Shown here: in pieces, positions 50,629 through 64,000 of the stretch
How the letters are laid out: each line of letters opens with the position of its first letter
How positions within the stretch are numbered: the stretch's first letter is position 1
NCBI RefSeq assembly: GCF_004010195.1
Contig: NC_057756.1
Coordinates: forward strand, 3,628,785-3,692,784
Direction of reading: 5' to 3'
Source of the DNA: Chiloscyllium plagiosum
Taxonomy: Eukaryota
Length of the DNA: 64,000 nt
Notes under the pieces: generated by a model
What the model saw: the letters and a program-made list of their open reading frames with translations, nothing else
Databases searched by the model: none
What the model was told of the DNA's origin: nothing
Program-made: the position numbers and the translations under genes

Positions 50629-50699
50629 ATTTAGGATTCTAAGATAGGAAGATGTTCAAACGTCAAGACAGTTTGAAGGGAGCAAAACAAAGGTCGACG

Positions 50700-51535
50700 G
50701 TGAGAGACATGACTATTTTGGAAACGTTTATAGCATTCATTCCTGAAGCCACGAGGACCCATGACAAAGAACAGAAAGTAAAGACTGCAGCAGCGGAAAT
50801 GGCAAATGATTTCGAGTTCACTTAAAAATCAAGCTTTGGCTTCTGTAAAATGATTTCAATCTGTAACAGATTAAAGCTGGAGAAATGAGAAATCCTTAGG
50901 TGGTGTGGAAAATTATGTTTCATTGAAGGTAATAAGTATGGTTTAACAAAATGCGAAAAAGGAAACCAATCAGGTAAATAATGTTGAACATATAAAGCAC
51001 AATGGAAATCAGAAATCTGCAAAACAATGTTCAAAAAGATCAGGCCTTGTTTGAGAAGGAAATACACGAACCCTTTGAGTAATTTGCTTGCATTATTCAA
51101 GTTCACTCCGGTATGCTTGGAGAAGAAGTTGGCGAATTTAAAATTTGGAGACAAAGGAGTGAGTAAACCTTTGATGGAGAGAGATGAAGAGCTGTCGAAT
51201 ACAGATGGTGTACTGCAGGAATGGTGTGAATGTGTAGAATTCTTAGTGAGAAGAACGGTATTGTATTTTTGACAAGTGAGTTTGGAGAGTGCAGTGATTA
51301 GAAGTAGAGTGGTGCTCGGAGCAATAGAGAAATTCTTGGTTCTGAATTTGCAGTTTGTCCTTGGTAATGATGTAGTTGGATCATACGTGGGGGTGACACC
51401 GACTGTGCATGAAAAGTGTTATTGCCCCGGCCCAACCACTCAAAACATTGTTAAGCACGTAAACCAGGCGGTAATTTTGCTATTTGTTTCGGTAAATGCA
51501 TATTCAGAGAATGCATTAGCCAATTCGTTTGCCAA
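50700..51535 (+). mobile_element. Gmr1-like gag C-terminus/protease fragment
   Basis: gcagcggaaatggcaaatgatttcgagttc..aaatcaagctttggc parallels AADMADSYELVHNLKF of the 11.3 kb copy; ILGND-like cttggtaatgat at 51360. Confidence 0.7.
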
Positions 51536-51539
51536 ATGT

Positions 51540-52165
51540 TAAACAACCAGACTTTGCTTATGAAATTACGGAATGAAACACAAAGAACAGAATATAGATT
51601 ATCAGATAGCTTATCCTTTCGCAAAACCCGAAAAACCATCTGGACTTAATGATGCTGTTCCTAAAATACTTGCAAAAATCCCTATGAACCGACCACTTCT
51701 CACAAAAAATAAAAATGATGCAAAAGTCTTACTCACTACGAAGTCAGAATGACAGTAGAAGGGAGGGCGCTAGTAGAGTTTCTCCACACACGTAGCTGCT
51801 GAACTGAATCAAAGGTTCTCACTGAGATGAAGGAAAGCGACTCAGCTAGCTGTCTTCTCACCATTTGATTATACTGATATTTTTGAGACTAGACAGCCTT
51901 AGGTCTGAGACATTATTTGTTCGAGGTGAACAAAAACGGCCCAAAAAACTTTTCATACCCAGCCGAGTTGGAGCTTGGGCAATCACAACCTCTCTGGAAA
52001 AAAAAATCTCAAGGCAACAGTAACCCTACAAAAAGACCATCATTGTGAACCCTACCCCTTACAAAAAAAATGAACGAACAATATCAACAGATGGCTGCAC
52101 TTTTCAAAACCAAAAAAAAAACTGTGGTTAATACCTTAAAATACATATATACATTCAATTACTAT
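51540..52165 (-). mobile_element. Gmr1-like LTR portion plus 3' UTR
   Basis: Similar to 12520-12975 and to the post-LTR sequence at 7877-7990 and 57767-57870 (acaatat..agatgg..atacatatatacat). Confidence 0.65.
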
Positions 52166-52279
52166 AAACGTGAAAACGTGCAGACTGCATTCACCTTCAG
52201 TCTGGAGTTTTCATACCACCGAATCCCTCCGTCAATCGTTACGGCCTTGATAATGCATTGACAAACATATTTTCTCGAT

Positions 52280-55200
52280 CTAACACATAATTACAAATTG
52301 GCCAGTCTGCATCTGAACCAGACTAGAACTAATATCCTGGGGGGAATTTTTGCTACTGCTGTTGTGGAGTTTGTAGGCTAAAGTGGCAGGGGCCTGGGAA
52401 CCAGTTAGAAAGACAAGTAGACATCTAGGTGGAAAAAGGAAAGTGTAAGAATCATGAAGTTAGCATTAATAAGGGGACGTGTTGGCAGAGAGTAGATGAA
52501 TGCAAAAGAACTGGTGGCCTGAATTGCACATACTTTAATGCAAGGGGCATAGTGAGTAAAGCAGAGGAACTAAGGGCTTGGATTCGTGCCTGGAGTATGA
52601 CATTATTGCAATCACAGACATTTGTTTGAAGGAAGGGCATGATTGGCAACTAAACGTTCCACGATATAGACGTTACAGACAGGACAAGTAGGGAAGTAAA
52701 AGGTGGGGAGGTGTTGCATTGCTGGTCAGGCATGATATCTTGGTTGTGCTAAAGGAGGACACTATGGAGGACTTGAGTAGTGTCGCATTATGGGTGGAGC
52801 TGAGAAATAACAAGGGTGCATTTACATTGTTGGGTCTGAATTACAGGCTTCCAAACAGGGAGCTTGATGTATAAGAACAAATAACTACACAGATTATAGA
52901 AAGATGTACAGGCAACAGGGTGGTGGTGATGGGGGATTTTAATTTACCCAACATTGACTGGGATACACTTAGTGCCAGAGATCTGCATGGGGCAGAATTT
53001 GTAAGATGCATCCAGGAGAGATTCCTAGAGCAGTACATCAATCGTTCGACGAGGGAAGAGGCCAAACTGGACCTGGGGTTGGGGAATGAGACAGGACAGG
53101 TGGTAATATTTGCAGTGGGGGATTTCTTTGGAACATTGATCACAATTCTGTAATTTTCAGAACACTTATACACAAAGATGAGCATTGTCCGAAGGGAAGA
53201 GTAGTAAATTGGGCCAAGGCCAATTGAATCAACATTAGGTTAGAAGTGTGGAATGTGGATTGGACACAGCTATTTGAAGGGAAGTTCACATTGGATATGT
53301 GGGAGCCTTTCAAAGATAGGTTGAAGATAGTGCAGGGCAGACATTTCCCGTTGAAAACAAAGGATGGGAAAGGCAAGATTCGTGAACCGTGAATGACAGC
53401 AGAAATCGCATGACTAGCCAAGAGGATAAGGGAAGAGTAGACAATGTTCAGGCAGCTAAGAACAGAATTGGCCCTGGAGGAATAGCGGGAGGGTAGGACG
53501 AGTCTTAAACGAATAATCTAGCCGACTGTAAACGATCATCAAATAGCTTTAGCCAACAGTAGGATCCCAAAGAATTTTATTCTTATATAAGAAACAAGGA
53601 CGTAACTAGAGAAACGATTGGACGACTAAAGGCCAGGAAGGAAATCCATGTGTCGAACTTGAGAAAATGGGGAAGATTCTGAATGATTACTTTGCAACAG
53701 TGTTCACTGATGAGAGGGACATGATGAATGTTGACAATAGACATAGAAATTTCATGACTCTGGATCACATTGACGTAAGTAGGGAAGATGTGTTGCGTCG
53801 GTCAGAGGTTATTATGATGGACAATCCACAAGACTGGGTGGGATCTATCCTAGGTTGCTGATGGAGGTGAGAGAGAAAATATCTGAGAGCCTGACAGATA
53901 TCTTTGTATCATCCTTATAACCAGGTAAGGTGCTGGAGGAATGGTGGGGCTCATATTTTCCCCCTGTATAAAAATGTTAGTAGTGATATTCCGGGTAACT
54001 ACAGACCAGTGAGCCTGACGTCAGTGGTGGGAAAGTTGCTGGAGAAGGTACTGAGGGTTCAATCCAATTATTTTTAGAAAAAGAATGGGCTAGTCAGTGA
54101 TAGACAACATGGCTTTATGAGACTTAGATCGTGCCTAACCGACTTATAGATTTCTTTGAAGAAATGGCCAAAATTGATAGATGAAGGAAGGGCTGTAGAT
54201 GTCAGAAACATGGATTTTAGTAAGGCGTTTGATAAGGTTCCATAGTAAACTAATGGAGAAAGTGAAATCACATGATGTGCAGAGTGTTCCAGCTCGTTGG
54301 ATAAAGAACTGGTCGAGCAACAGGAGACAGAGAATGGTAGTTGAAGGGAGTTTCTCGAAATGGAGAAAGGTGCCCAGTGGTGTTCCATTTGAATTAGTGC
54401 TGGGGCCACTTTCGTTTGTGATATACAAAATGGTCTGGAAGAGGGCACTGTTATTATAATCAAATATTTGCCGATGACACAAAGATTGGTGGCGTAGCAG
54501 ACCGCATAGGGGACTGTCAAAGAATACAGGAGAATATGGATAGACTGGAGAGTTGGGCAGAGAAGTGGCAGCTAGAGTTTAATCCAGGCAAACGTGAGAT
54601 GATGCATTTTGGGGACTCTAATTCTAAGAGCGAATTATACAGTAAACAGAAGAGTCGTGGGTCAAAAAAGGGTGACCAGAGAGACATGGAAGTTCAGGTC
54701 CATTGTACCTTGAAGGTTGCTGCACTGGTGAATAGAGTGTTCAAGAAGACAGATGGTAGGCTTGCCTTCATCGGACAGCGTATTGAGTACAAAGCTGGCA
54801 GATCGTGTTTAAATTTTACAAGACATTGATTCGGCTGCATTTAGAATACTGCGTGCAGTTTTGGTCACCACATTACCAAAAGGATGTGGACGCTTTGGAG
54901 AGGGTGCAGAGACGTTTTACAAGGATGTTACCTGTTATGGAAGGTGTTAGCTATGAAGAGAGGTTGCGTAGGTTAGGATTGAATTAATTAGAAAAAAGAG
55001 GTGTGGGGAACCTGATTGATGTCTACAAAATCATGAAGGGTCGACAGTGTAGATAGGAATAATTTCCCAGGGTGAAGGATTCAATAATGAGAGGTCACAC
55101 TTTCGAAGTGAGAGGTGAAAAGTCTACAGGGGATAAGCACAACAAGTACTTCACACAGAGGGTGGTAGGAGCCTGGAATGCGTTGCAAGCAAAGGTACTA

Positions 55201-55384
55201 GAGGCAGGGATGGTAGATTCAATTAAGATGCGTCTGAACAGATGCATGAGTAGTTGGGGAGCAGAGGGATACAGATCCTTCAGAATGGGCGACAGGGTTA
55301 GACAGACGATTTGGATCGGCACAGGCTTGGAGGGACGAAAGCCCTTGTGTTGGGCTGTAAATTTTCTTTGTTCTTTGTTCTATG
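52280..55384 (+). mobile_element. CR1 LINE (ORF1 end through 3' tail), mutated
   Basis: LNCTYFNARG; MGDFNLP; NYRPVSLTS; RLHLEYCVQFWSP; tail ttctttgttctttgttctatg. Confidence 0.95.
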
Positions 55385-55399
55385 TGGCTAATACCGGGC

Positions 55400-56560
55400 T
55401 AACACAGTCTTCAGGCTGTCAAACGTCTCCTAACAGTCACTGTCCACTAAAACGTCTTGCCTTCTATTAGAAATTTAGTGAGCTGAGCAGCCACACTACT
55501 AAAATTCGGCACAAACCTTCGACAAAACCCATTGATTCCAGGCACCGTAGTACCGCTACTTTATTGATGCTATGTGAAATTCGCCAATTACCTTCATTTT
55601 TGCATCCCATGGAACCAATTCTCCGTGTCGAAAAACATGGCTCACCTAGGTGACATGGGCTTTGGAAAATTCACTTTTAGCTAGGTTTACCACCAAGCCT
55701 GCCTTCTGAAGTCGGTCAAACAAGCCGAATAAAATGGTATAAATGATCCTTGCATGAGTGACAAAACATCACTAGGTCATCAATATACACCACTGAGTTG
55801 GGTAATCAGGCAATGACCTTATTAATTAGACACTGAAATATGGCCGGACTGTTTTTCATACGAAATGGCATGAGTTCAAACTAATTCGGTCCATTTAGCC
55901 TTACGAAAGTCAAAAATGCATGCGTTCTTTCTGACAAAGGCAAAGGCCAGAAATCTCTGAGCAAGAATTATAAGTTGTTCAGCCCACGTTTACAATACAG
56001 TCTTCCAACAGCCGAATTGGATATGCATCAGTCTTTATAATTGCATTGACTTTGCGAAAATAATCATAATTTAAACTGTTTAAGTTCTCTTTCATGTCCG
56101 AGCTCCTTCATCTGCAATTGAATTCTAGCCATTTCAAAAAAAAAATGCGATGCCGTTTCCATCAAATTTAGTGCCAATAAATTGATCTGTTTACCTCTTC
56201 TTTCCGCACAGATGAAGGCAAACCCGGCTCCAGTTTGCTGGCCAATTCCAACTGCTTTGCTTCACTCACCTTTTCTAAAATACTCAAAGGCACCTCTTCC
56301 TCCCAGAAAGCTCATAGTGACTGAAAGAGCCATCACTGCCCCAAGCACTGTCTAAACCAATCGAACTTTAGACACGGGATCAAATACACTACCGGCTACC
56401 ACTCGCTGCCTTTGAATCCAGTAAACCTGAACAAAATGTGAAATTTGGAGTCAAGCAATCCCAAACGGTTATGGACGATGCCAGACTCCCACAAATTAAT
56501 TAAAGATAGTACTCTGAACCTTAACTGTCTATTTTTTAAGGGCAAATTTGAATTCTTGTT
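55400..56560 (-). mobile_element. Internally deleted Gmr1-like fragment (LTR start, gag N-terminus, RT)
   Basis: Minus strand MPFRMKNSPAIFQ..VVYIDDLV near 55770-55872; 56300-56350 matches the gag start at 12195-12250. Confidence 0.8.
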
Positions 56561-57161
56561 AGCTCAGAGAAGTTCACTGTGCTACAAAAGAAAGAAGAAA
56601 AACTAATTTGATTGTAATAAAAAGTCTACACAGAAGAGGAATCTGAGTGCATCCGTGAATGCTTCTTTCTTAAAAGTGAACTCCCGATGAGGAAATGAAG
56701 ACCGTCACATATTGAGACAGACTATAAATGTGCAGAAGTTCATAAAGTTGCATTGCGAGTGGGTTATGGAAAGGAGATGTTGTAGACAGCGTATATATTA
56801 CAAATAGGACATCATGTTGGGGTAAATAAAACTCAAGCTACAATACAAAGAAATATACTTGCATGGACTGCTTCACGATGCAGTTGAACTTTGCCAGACA
56901 CGTTGGCCATGTCAGGTAGTCGGAAAACCACAGGCAGTAATAAAACCAGCACGTTTACTACCCATCCCAGCATGTGAGGAACCTTTTCTAAAGGGTATTA
57001 ATTGATTGCTTAGCACTCTTAAATGAACTAAAAAGTGGGAATCAGAACTTCTGAACAATATTCGATTTGTCTGAAGATTCCTAGAGGCCAATTCATGAAT
57101 CACTATCACAGGTAAAGGGTTGTGGAAGATTTTCTCAAATTGTTCGTTATTAATATACTAC

Positions 57162-57766
57162 TGTGACAGAACAAAACTTTGATTTTTCTTGAAAGATAGA
57201 TGTGAAGTGGATTTTCCAGGAGTTATGCAGCTAACCAAGCTACACGACTTTATGGAAAACGTAATTTATTCACACACTACGATTGAATCACGATTAAAAC
57301 GAAACAGCTTTTACAAAAGCTTAAGTACTTGAAAACCCAGCCAACTCGAAATCACAACTTGCTGAAGCTGCTTTAATATCCACAACGTTCATAAATATGT
57401 CCCCTGGCAAAAGATAAATTTCATCACACGTTCTTATAGTTGGGAAAGGTTTCAGAGGGAAACTTAAGGTAAGAAACATCTGTTAAAGTACGGGAACTTC
57501 CTTTCTCTGTAGCTGAATCTCAGGTCCCCAGCAGTTTTTGACTGTGTGACAAAATAGACAAAACCAGGAAAAAGAATACTGAACTACTGAACTGGTCACT
57601 CCCCTTTCATTGTACAACTGTTTTTCTTTTTATACAAAAGTCGTAAAGGCCACGTCTGTTTGTTGGCTAAGCAGTGACTGTTAGCCATTTCGGCATCACT
57701 AACATTTCAACCTCTATTGAAAAAGAAAGGACATCATAACGTCATTGAAAAGTCAGCATTTTAACA
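57162..57766 (-). repeat. 3' LTR (TGT...ACA) with adjacent PPT (complement of 57767-57777)
   Basis: Starts tgtgaca and ends ttttaaca, followed by cttccctcctt; ccactcccctttcattgtaca-type motif shared with the other LTRs. Confidence 0.75.
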
Positions 57767-60700
57767 CTTCCCTCCTTAAAAACGAACCAACAATATGTAA
57801 AGATGGATACATATTAAAACCCCTAAGTCTCATACTGTTACTGAACTATTACATACCTACATTACATTGACAATGAAATTGAAGCATGCACTATTACTTT
57901 CCTTGTTGTTATGATTACTTCTCCAACTAAATTCCCACTATTTATCATAAATGACGAGATAATTCATTGACAATAACGTTTTCTCATCCTGCCATGTGTA
58001 AAGTTTCCAAATTGAATTGCTGCAATATTAAGCTTCATTTAAACAGTCTGGATATTTTGGCATTAAATTTCTCCAAACATTGTAAAGGTTTATGTTCAGT
58101 ATATGTGCTTGTCTCCATCACATTACTGGCAACATAAATGTTAAAGTGGTGTAACGCCAGCGTCATGCTCAAGGTGTCCTTATCTGTTGTCGAATATTTC
58201 TACAGATGATAGTTCGATTTCTTATAGAAATATTGAATAGGACTTTCTATCCTCTCGTTGTGTTCTTGTGAGAGTACAGCACCAATATATACATTACTTG
58301 CAAGGCTAGTGACATTGAAAGGCTTTGAGTTGCTTATACTGCGGGAATAGTTAACACAGCTTTCAGGTCGTCAAATGTATTTTGACAGTCTACCATCGAG
58401 AAAATCTCCTTGCATTCCAGTACCAATTCAGTGAGTAGATCAGCCATCGTGCTAAGATTAGGTACGAATTTCCGACAAAAGCGAATAAATCACAGCAATC
58501 GAAGGGCTGGTTTCTTTGTAGAGGGTATGGGAAACTCCACAATAACCATTGTTCTTATATTCTGTTGGGTCATTTGTCTATATCTGATAAAATGACCCAA
58601 GAAGATGATTTAGAGTTTAGCAAATGCACTTTTAGCTAGGTATATATTCAACCCACCCTCTTGAATTCTATCGAATTGTTATGGAAAATGCTACAAATGT
58701 TCATTCCATTTGTGACTATAAATGATCAGGCATTCAATGTAAACTGTACAATTGAGTAATCAAGAAATTACTTTATTGATTAGTGTTTGAAATGTGGCTG
58801 GCGCATTTTTCATACCAAATGGTATGATTTTAAGTTATAACAGTCCATTCGTTGTTAGGAAAGATGAAATTGTCTTTAGACTCAGTATCCTCTGAGTAAG
58901 TCAAACTTAGAAATATAATTTTCTTATCCCAGCGTTTTGATAGAGTCTTGCAAACGTGGAGTGGGATAGGAGACAGACTTTTCAACTACAATGACTTTGT
59001 AATATCCCCACTTAACAACTGGCACCAGCTATTTCAGTTAAGATTACTGTAGGTGCATGGCAGTCAGTGCCACTTACTTCGATATTTTCTTGGAGTAAGT
59101 GGTCGATTTCCTATTGAACATGTGCCAACTTAACCAAGACTAAGTCTAAATAGATTTTGCTTAATTGGAGCATCATTTCATATATCTATGACACGTATTT
59201 TAAAAAAAATTCGAGCATATTTCCAAACATCCTCCGATGAGGAAGCATCTATTCTTCCATGTTATGTCGAATATTCTCCAGAAGGTAATTCAATAGTTTA
59301 CCCCAATTTTTGACAACTTCGCATTTAATTGGAGGTACTTCAATTCAGAATCCTCTGAATTTTGTTCGATATGCTGCATTGCAGGTAGCAACACATTCTT
59401 GTTTTTCTTTCTCTCACTGTCAAAATACGTTCAAATGTAATTCACATCACTCAAATCCCTTTCAATGTGATGACATCTAATCAACCTCCAATAAATTTTA
59501 AAGGTTCACCTCTCTCTGAACGTAACATTAATGCTTTATATCCTTTTCAAGAATTATTCATTTTTGAATACATGTCTGCTTTCCATTTCATCGCATGCTG
59601 TGATGTTCTTAAATGCTCTTCATCCACCCCCCACCCCACTCTATTGAATTATTCACTTAAATTTTGTACACAGTTCAAATACGTAGTGTCAGAATTCTGG
59701 CTCACCAAATTGTGTTTAATTATTATTATTCTCCCACTCAGTTCATGCCCGAAAGCTCATTCGAATCAACCGAATTTGGGCTATTCAATTGGTGCATCTC
59801 TGATAGCTTACCATACAATAGAATTTACTTTATCGCAATTACCTGGATAGTCTTGACTATGAGCCCCTCTCATGATCTTTAAAGTTTGATGCCAACTTTC
59901 TATCGTCTCTGGAATTGTGGGTGGTTCGCATTAGATTTGGTTTTATTTACTCCAAAAGTCCGCATAACCTCCTTGAATGAATTTGATGTATCTGTGGATC
60001 CTAGATCAGATCGGTGTGTCATCCATGTGTCGTAAAATTTTCAGTAAATCTTCTACAATCCATTTTGCTGTGATGTTACATAATGGAATGTTCTCTGGAA
60101 AGTTGGTGAGCACATCATTATTGTTTTAAAAATTACTGAATCCCACTTTTTGTTTTCGGTAGGTGACCAACACAATCATTTAAGGCTCATGTTAAAGGTT
60201 CCACGAATGCATGAATATGGATTAAACGTGCGGGTTTTATTACTCACTGTGGTTTTGAATGACCAAATATGTATGAAATATCTGGCAAAATTCAACAACA
60301 TTTGCATGCAGTCCAGTCACAAAAAAAAATATATTTAAGCTTGCGTTTTTCTTACCTCTAAATAAACTATTGGTAGCTCATTTGTTACATGCAAGACCTC
60401 TTTTCTGTAAAACATTTATTTTCTGGCTTGATCAACTTCTGCCTATTTCTCACCTGTCTGAATATGTGATGGTCTCCATTTTTACATTAAATCAACGCTT
60501 TCTCGGATAGTCGCATATAAGTACACACGTAGGTTCTACTTCTGTGAATTGTTTAATGCAATTGCTTCTTTTTCATATTTCTGCGGTAGCTCAGTTAATT
60601 TCTCTGAACTAATGAAACCTATGTTGAACTCCGACGGTTCCTTATTTGTTTCAATAATTTATGAAATGTGGTCTCTCACAATTCTAATTTACCTTCTCTG

Positions 60701-61420
60701 TGTTGCTTGATTTCTTCTGCTATTTCAACTGTTGATTTTGGGATCTCATTACCACACAGTCACAAAATATTCCAGGATATGATTTCTTTAATGCCTCGGT
60801 CCCTAATTTTCTCCTGGCTTTTCAATCACAGTGAGTAGCACTCGTTACTGTGAATCAGTTATATCATTACCAATGGCCAAATTGCATTCACTAATCAAGA
60901 GATCTACCGGTAACTGTACCACCACGTCCCCACTTTTCTCTAGACACTCTCACCGAACGCTACATAATTGAACACTTGTTTTCTTCGCGTGAATTTCACG
61001 GGATAGCAGTTGTCTTTCTGACAAAAGTCTTTCTGAGTCAAACATCTCCTGTTTTCTCAACAAGAAAGATCATCATGGTCGTATATCTCTTAATACTCTT
61101 AACTCTTCATCTTCTGCCTCTAGCTTATGCGAGTAAGCCTTACCCTCATACTGAAATGGTTTTAGAACATATGACACTTCCTCCACAACCAACCTCCGAC
61201 CAGATTGTACATTTTGATGCATATTTATAGCTTCCACGTTAATTTTCTTTACCACTCCAACAACGTTCACTGGCTTATATTGTTTTCCTAAATTTTCTCT
61301 TCCAAATGTTTTTCCTGACACAGCAACACTGTGATTTCATGTCACCTATTTTATTGCTGAAATAACGCTGGAGCATTTGAACATTTCTTTCCCATTCGTG
61401 GCTTTCCTATGCAAATTGTG
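57162..61420 (-). mobile_element. Gmr1-like Gypsy element (3' LTR, RH, RT, IN, PR); 5' part cut by a CR1
   Basis: PFGMKNAPATFQ near 58790-58823; RNaseH 57950-58420; integrase 59400-60550; protease region 60750-61150. Confidence 0.85.
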
Positions 61421-61440
61421 TTGTTACCATTATAATCGAA

Positions 61441-63960
61441 TATAGAACATAGAACATTACAGCGCAAGACAGATACCTCGGCCCTCGATGCTGCACCCAC
61501 TTGTGGAATCAATCTGAAGCCCAACTAAACTACACTATCACATTCTTGTCCGTATGACTACCCAATGACCATTTAAGTAGTCTTAAAATTGCCGTGGCTA
61601 CTACTGTTACAGGCAGTGCATTCCACGTCCTGACTACTCTCTTAGTGAAGAAACTACTTCTGACAACTATCCTACAACTATCACTCCTCACTTTAAAGCC
61701 ATTGCCATCCAAGGAAAAAGGCTCTCGCTGTCCAATCTACCTGACCCTATGATTATCTTATATGTCTCAACTAAGTCACCTTTCAACCTTCTTCTAACTT
61801 TCGAAAACAGGCTCGTGTCCCTCGGCATTTCCTCATAAGACCATACCTGCACACCAGGCAAATCCTAGTAAATCTCCTCTGAACCTTTTCCAAATAATGT
61901 TCATCCTTCCTATAATACAGTTACTAGAAGCATATGCAATGATGCAAATGTGGCCGCATCAGAGTTTTATACAGCCGCAGCATAATCTCATGTTTCCGAA
62001 ACTCAGTCCCTCTATAAATAAAAGCTAACACATTGTTTGCCTTCTTAACAAACCGATACATCTGGGCAGAAATTTTCAAGGATCTATGTGCATAGACAGC
62101 ATGATATCTCTGTTCATCTACAGTATCATGAATCTTACCATTCATCCATTATTCCACATTCTTCTTACTCCGTCGAAAGTGAATCACATCACACTTTTCA
62201 TAATGAAAATCCATTTGCAACCTCTCAGCCCAGCTCTGCAGCTTCTCTTTATCTTTCTGCATCCAAGAAAATTATTCGTCACGATCCACAATTCCATCGA
62301 ACTTTGTGTCTTCTGCAAATTTACTAACCCATCCTTTATGCTCTCATCCAGGGTATCTATAGAATTTGGAAACAACAGTGGTCACAGAACAGATGCTTGC
62401 GGTACCCACTAGTAACTGAATGCAGATTAAATATTTCCCATCAAACACTACCCTCTGTATTCTTTCAGTTCGCCACTTTCTGTTCCAAACAGCAAATCGC
62501 CCGCAACCCCATGTCTCCGTACTTTGTACAATACCCGAATGTGGAGAACCTTATCAAACGCTAGACTGACATCCATGAACAACACATCAACGCTTTACCC
62601 TCATCCACCTGTTTGGTCACCTTCTGAAAGAACTCGATAAGATTTGTGAGGCACAGCCTAACCTTCACCATACCTTGTTGACTATCTCTCATCGACTTAT
62701 TCCTTTCTCAATAGTTAAAACTCCTCTTCCATTTAGCCCTTTGCAACTCTTTACCCACAACTGAAGTAAGGCACAATGCTCTCTAATTTCCAGGATTGTC
62801 TCTTCTCCCCTTCTTGAAGAAGGGAACAATATTTGCTCTACCACAATCTTCTGGCACCTTTCCTATCGACAATGAGAACATAAAGATCAAAGCCAAAGGC
62901 TCGGCAATCGCTTCCCTGGCTTCTCTGGCATCCAAGGCTAAATCTCATCAGGCCCAAGGGACTTATCTGTTCTTACTCTTTCCAGAATTGCTAACACCTC
63001 CTCCTTGCGCACTTGCATCCCAACGAATTGAGTAGCCTTTACTTCAATATTCTGCTCGACAACGTTTTCTTTCTATTTTTTAGTGTGAATACTGACGAAA
63101 ACAGTTATTTAACGCTTTCTATCTCCTCTGACTCAACGCAAAACTTCCAACAGCTATTCTTGACTGGCTCTATTACTGAATAGTGGTCACTATCATCAAA
63201 GTGCTCACCTAGCCCCAAATCCAACAGCTGACCTGTTTTGTTACAAAATGCCAGCCCTCATGTGGCCTCGGACCTTGTTGGTCTATGTACATACTATATC
63301 AGGAAAACCTATTTCACACATTGGACAAAAAAACCGGACCCATATAAAATACTTGAACTACAGTATTCCCTGTCAACATTTGGAAGGTTAAAGACACACA
63401 AAACAACTGCCCTGTCACTGTCGCTCCAATCAAGGGTCATCCTTGTTATCTTACGCTCTACATCTCTGGAACTATTTGGAAGCTGATAGAACTGTCTCAA
63501 TACGTAGCCTCTCCTTTCCTGTTTCTAACCTCAGCCCATGCAACCTCAGTAGAAGAGTCCTCAAACGTCCTTTCTACAACTGTAATACAGTTCTTGACTA
63601 ACAGTGGCATACTAATTCCTATTTTACCATTTTTTTCTGTTCTTGCTGAAACATTTAAATCCCAGAACCTGCAAGGACTATTCCTGGCCCTGCTGTAGCC
63701 ATGTCTATGAAAAAGCCACAGCATCGAATCTCCAGGTGCCAACCCATGTTGCAAGTTCAGAAACCTTAGTCCAGATGCACCTGGCGTTGAATAGACACAC
63801 TGCAAACCAATTTCGTTTTTGCCAATGCCTTCTTGCAATCAAGAAATCCTAGTTCTGACTTCATTATTCTCAACATCCCATACACTCGAACTACAGTTTC
63901 AGTTCCCACTCCCCTGGTCAATTAGCTTAAACCCACCCGAAAACTATTCCCAAATTTCTC
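61441..63960 (-). mobile_element. CR1 LINE with 3' tail and an internal deletion near 63175
   Basis: Tail tatagaacatagaac; minus ORFs VVRTWNALP, LYKTLMRPHL, EVAWAEVRNRKG. Confidence 0.9.
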
Positions 63961-64000
63961 CACCAAGCCCTCCAGGTTGTTGGTAGACCGCCAGTTCATC

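Noticed and set aside
56212..56324. Strong acceptor with an apparent terminal exon DEGKPGSSLL...
   Set aside because: Lies antisense within Gmr1 gag, matching the 12100-12250 region
1..64000. CRISPR arrays, operons, rRNA or genuine tRNA genes
   Set aside because: None seen; the sequence is vertebrate, and the only tRNA-like stretch is a SINE head

Overview
Eukaryotic, repeat-dominated genomic DNA, most likely from a cartilaginous fish; an orectolobiform-type shark is inferred from the CR1/HER1-type LINEs, an HE1-like tRNA SINE and Penelope-derived repeats. There are two N gaps (22273-22443 and 25052-25621). Most of the window is transposable-element sequence: many CR1 LINE copies including one young, near full-length copy at ~19.9-24.1 kb; four remnants of Gmr1-like Gypsy LTR elements (PR-IN-RT-RH order); Penelope-like elements with inverted repeats and hammerhead-like cores; a pogo/Tigger-type MITE nested in a CR1; a SINE; and microsatellites. 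I recognise no intact long host ORF, and most ORF-track entries are TE fragments or noise. The most interesting non-TE signal is a set of + strand 21/27/33-nt frame-preserving microexon candidates in the unique spacers between TEs (29.7-45.5 kb). In phase 1 they read as a heptad coiled coil (EIEKYKQ-ENAKLWQSLQA-ELMQAKA...EVALYHQ), reminiscent of butyrophilin/BG-type cytoplasmic-tail exons; this is inference and needs RNA-seq. A second notable structure is a CR1 with 5'-inversion (twin-priming) geometry at 41.1-44.5 kb. Boundaries of degenerate TEs were set by eye and are approximate.
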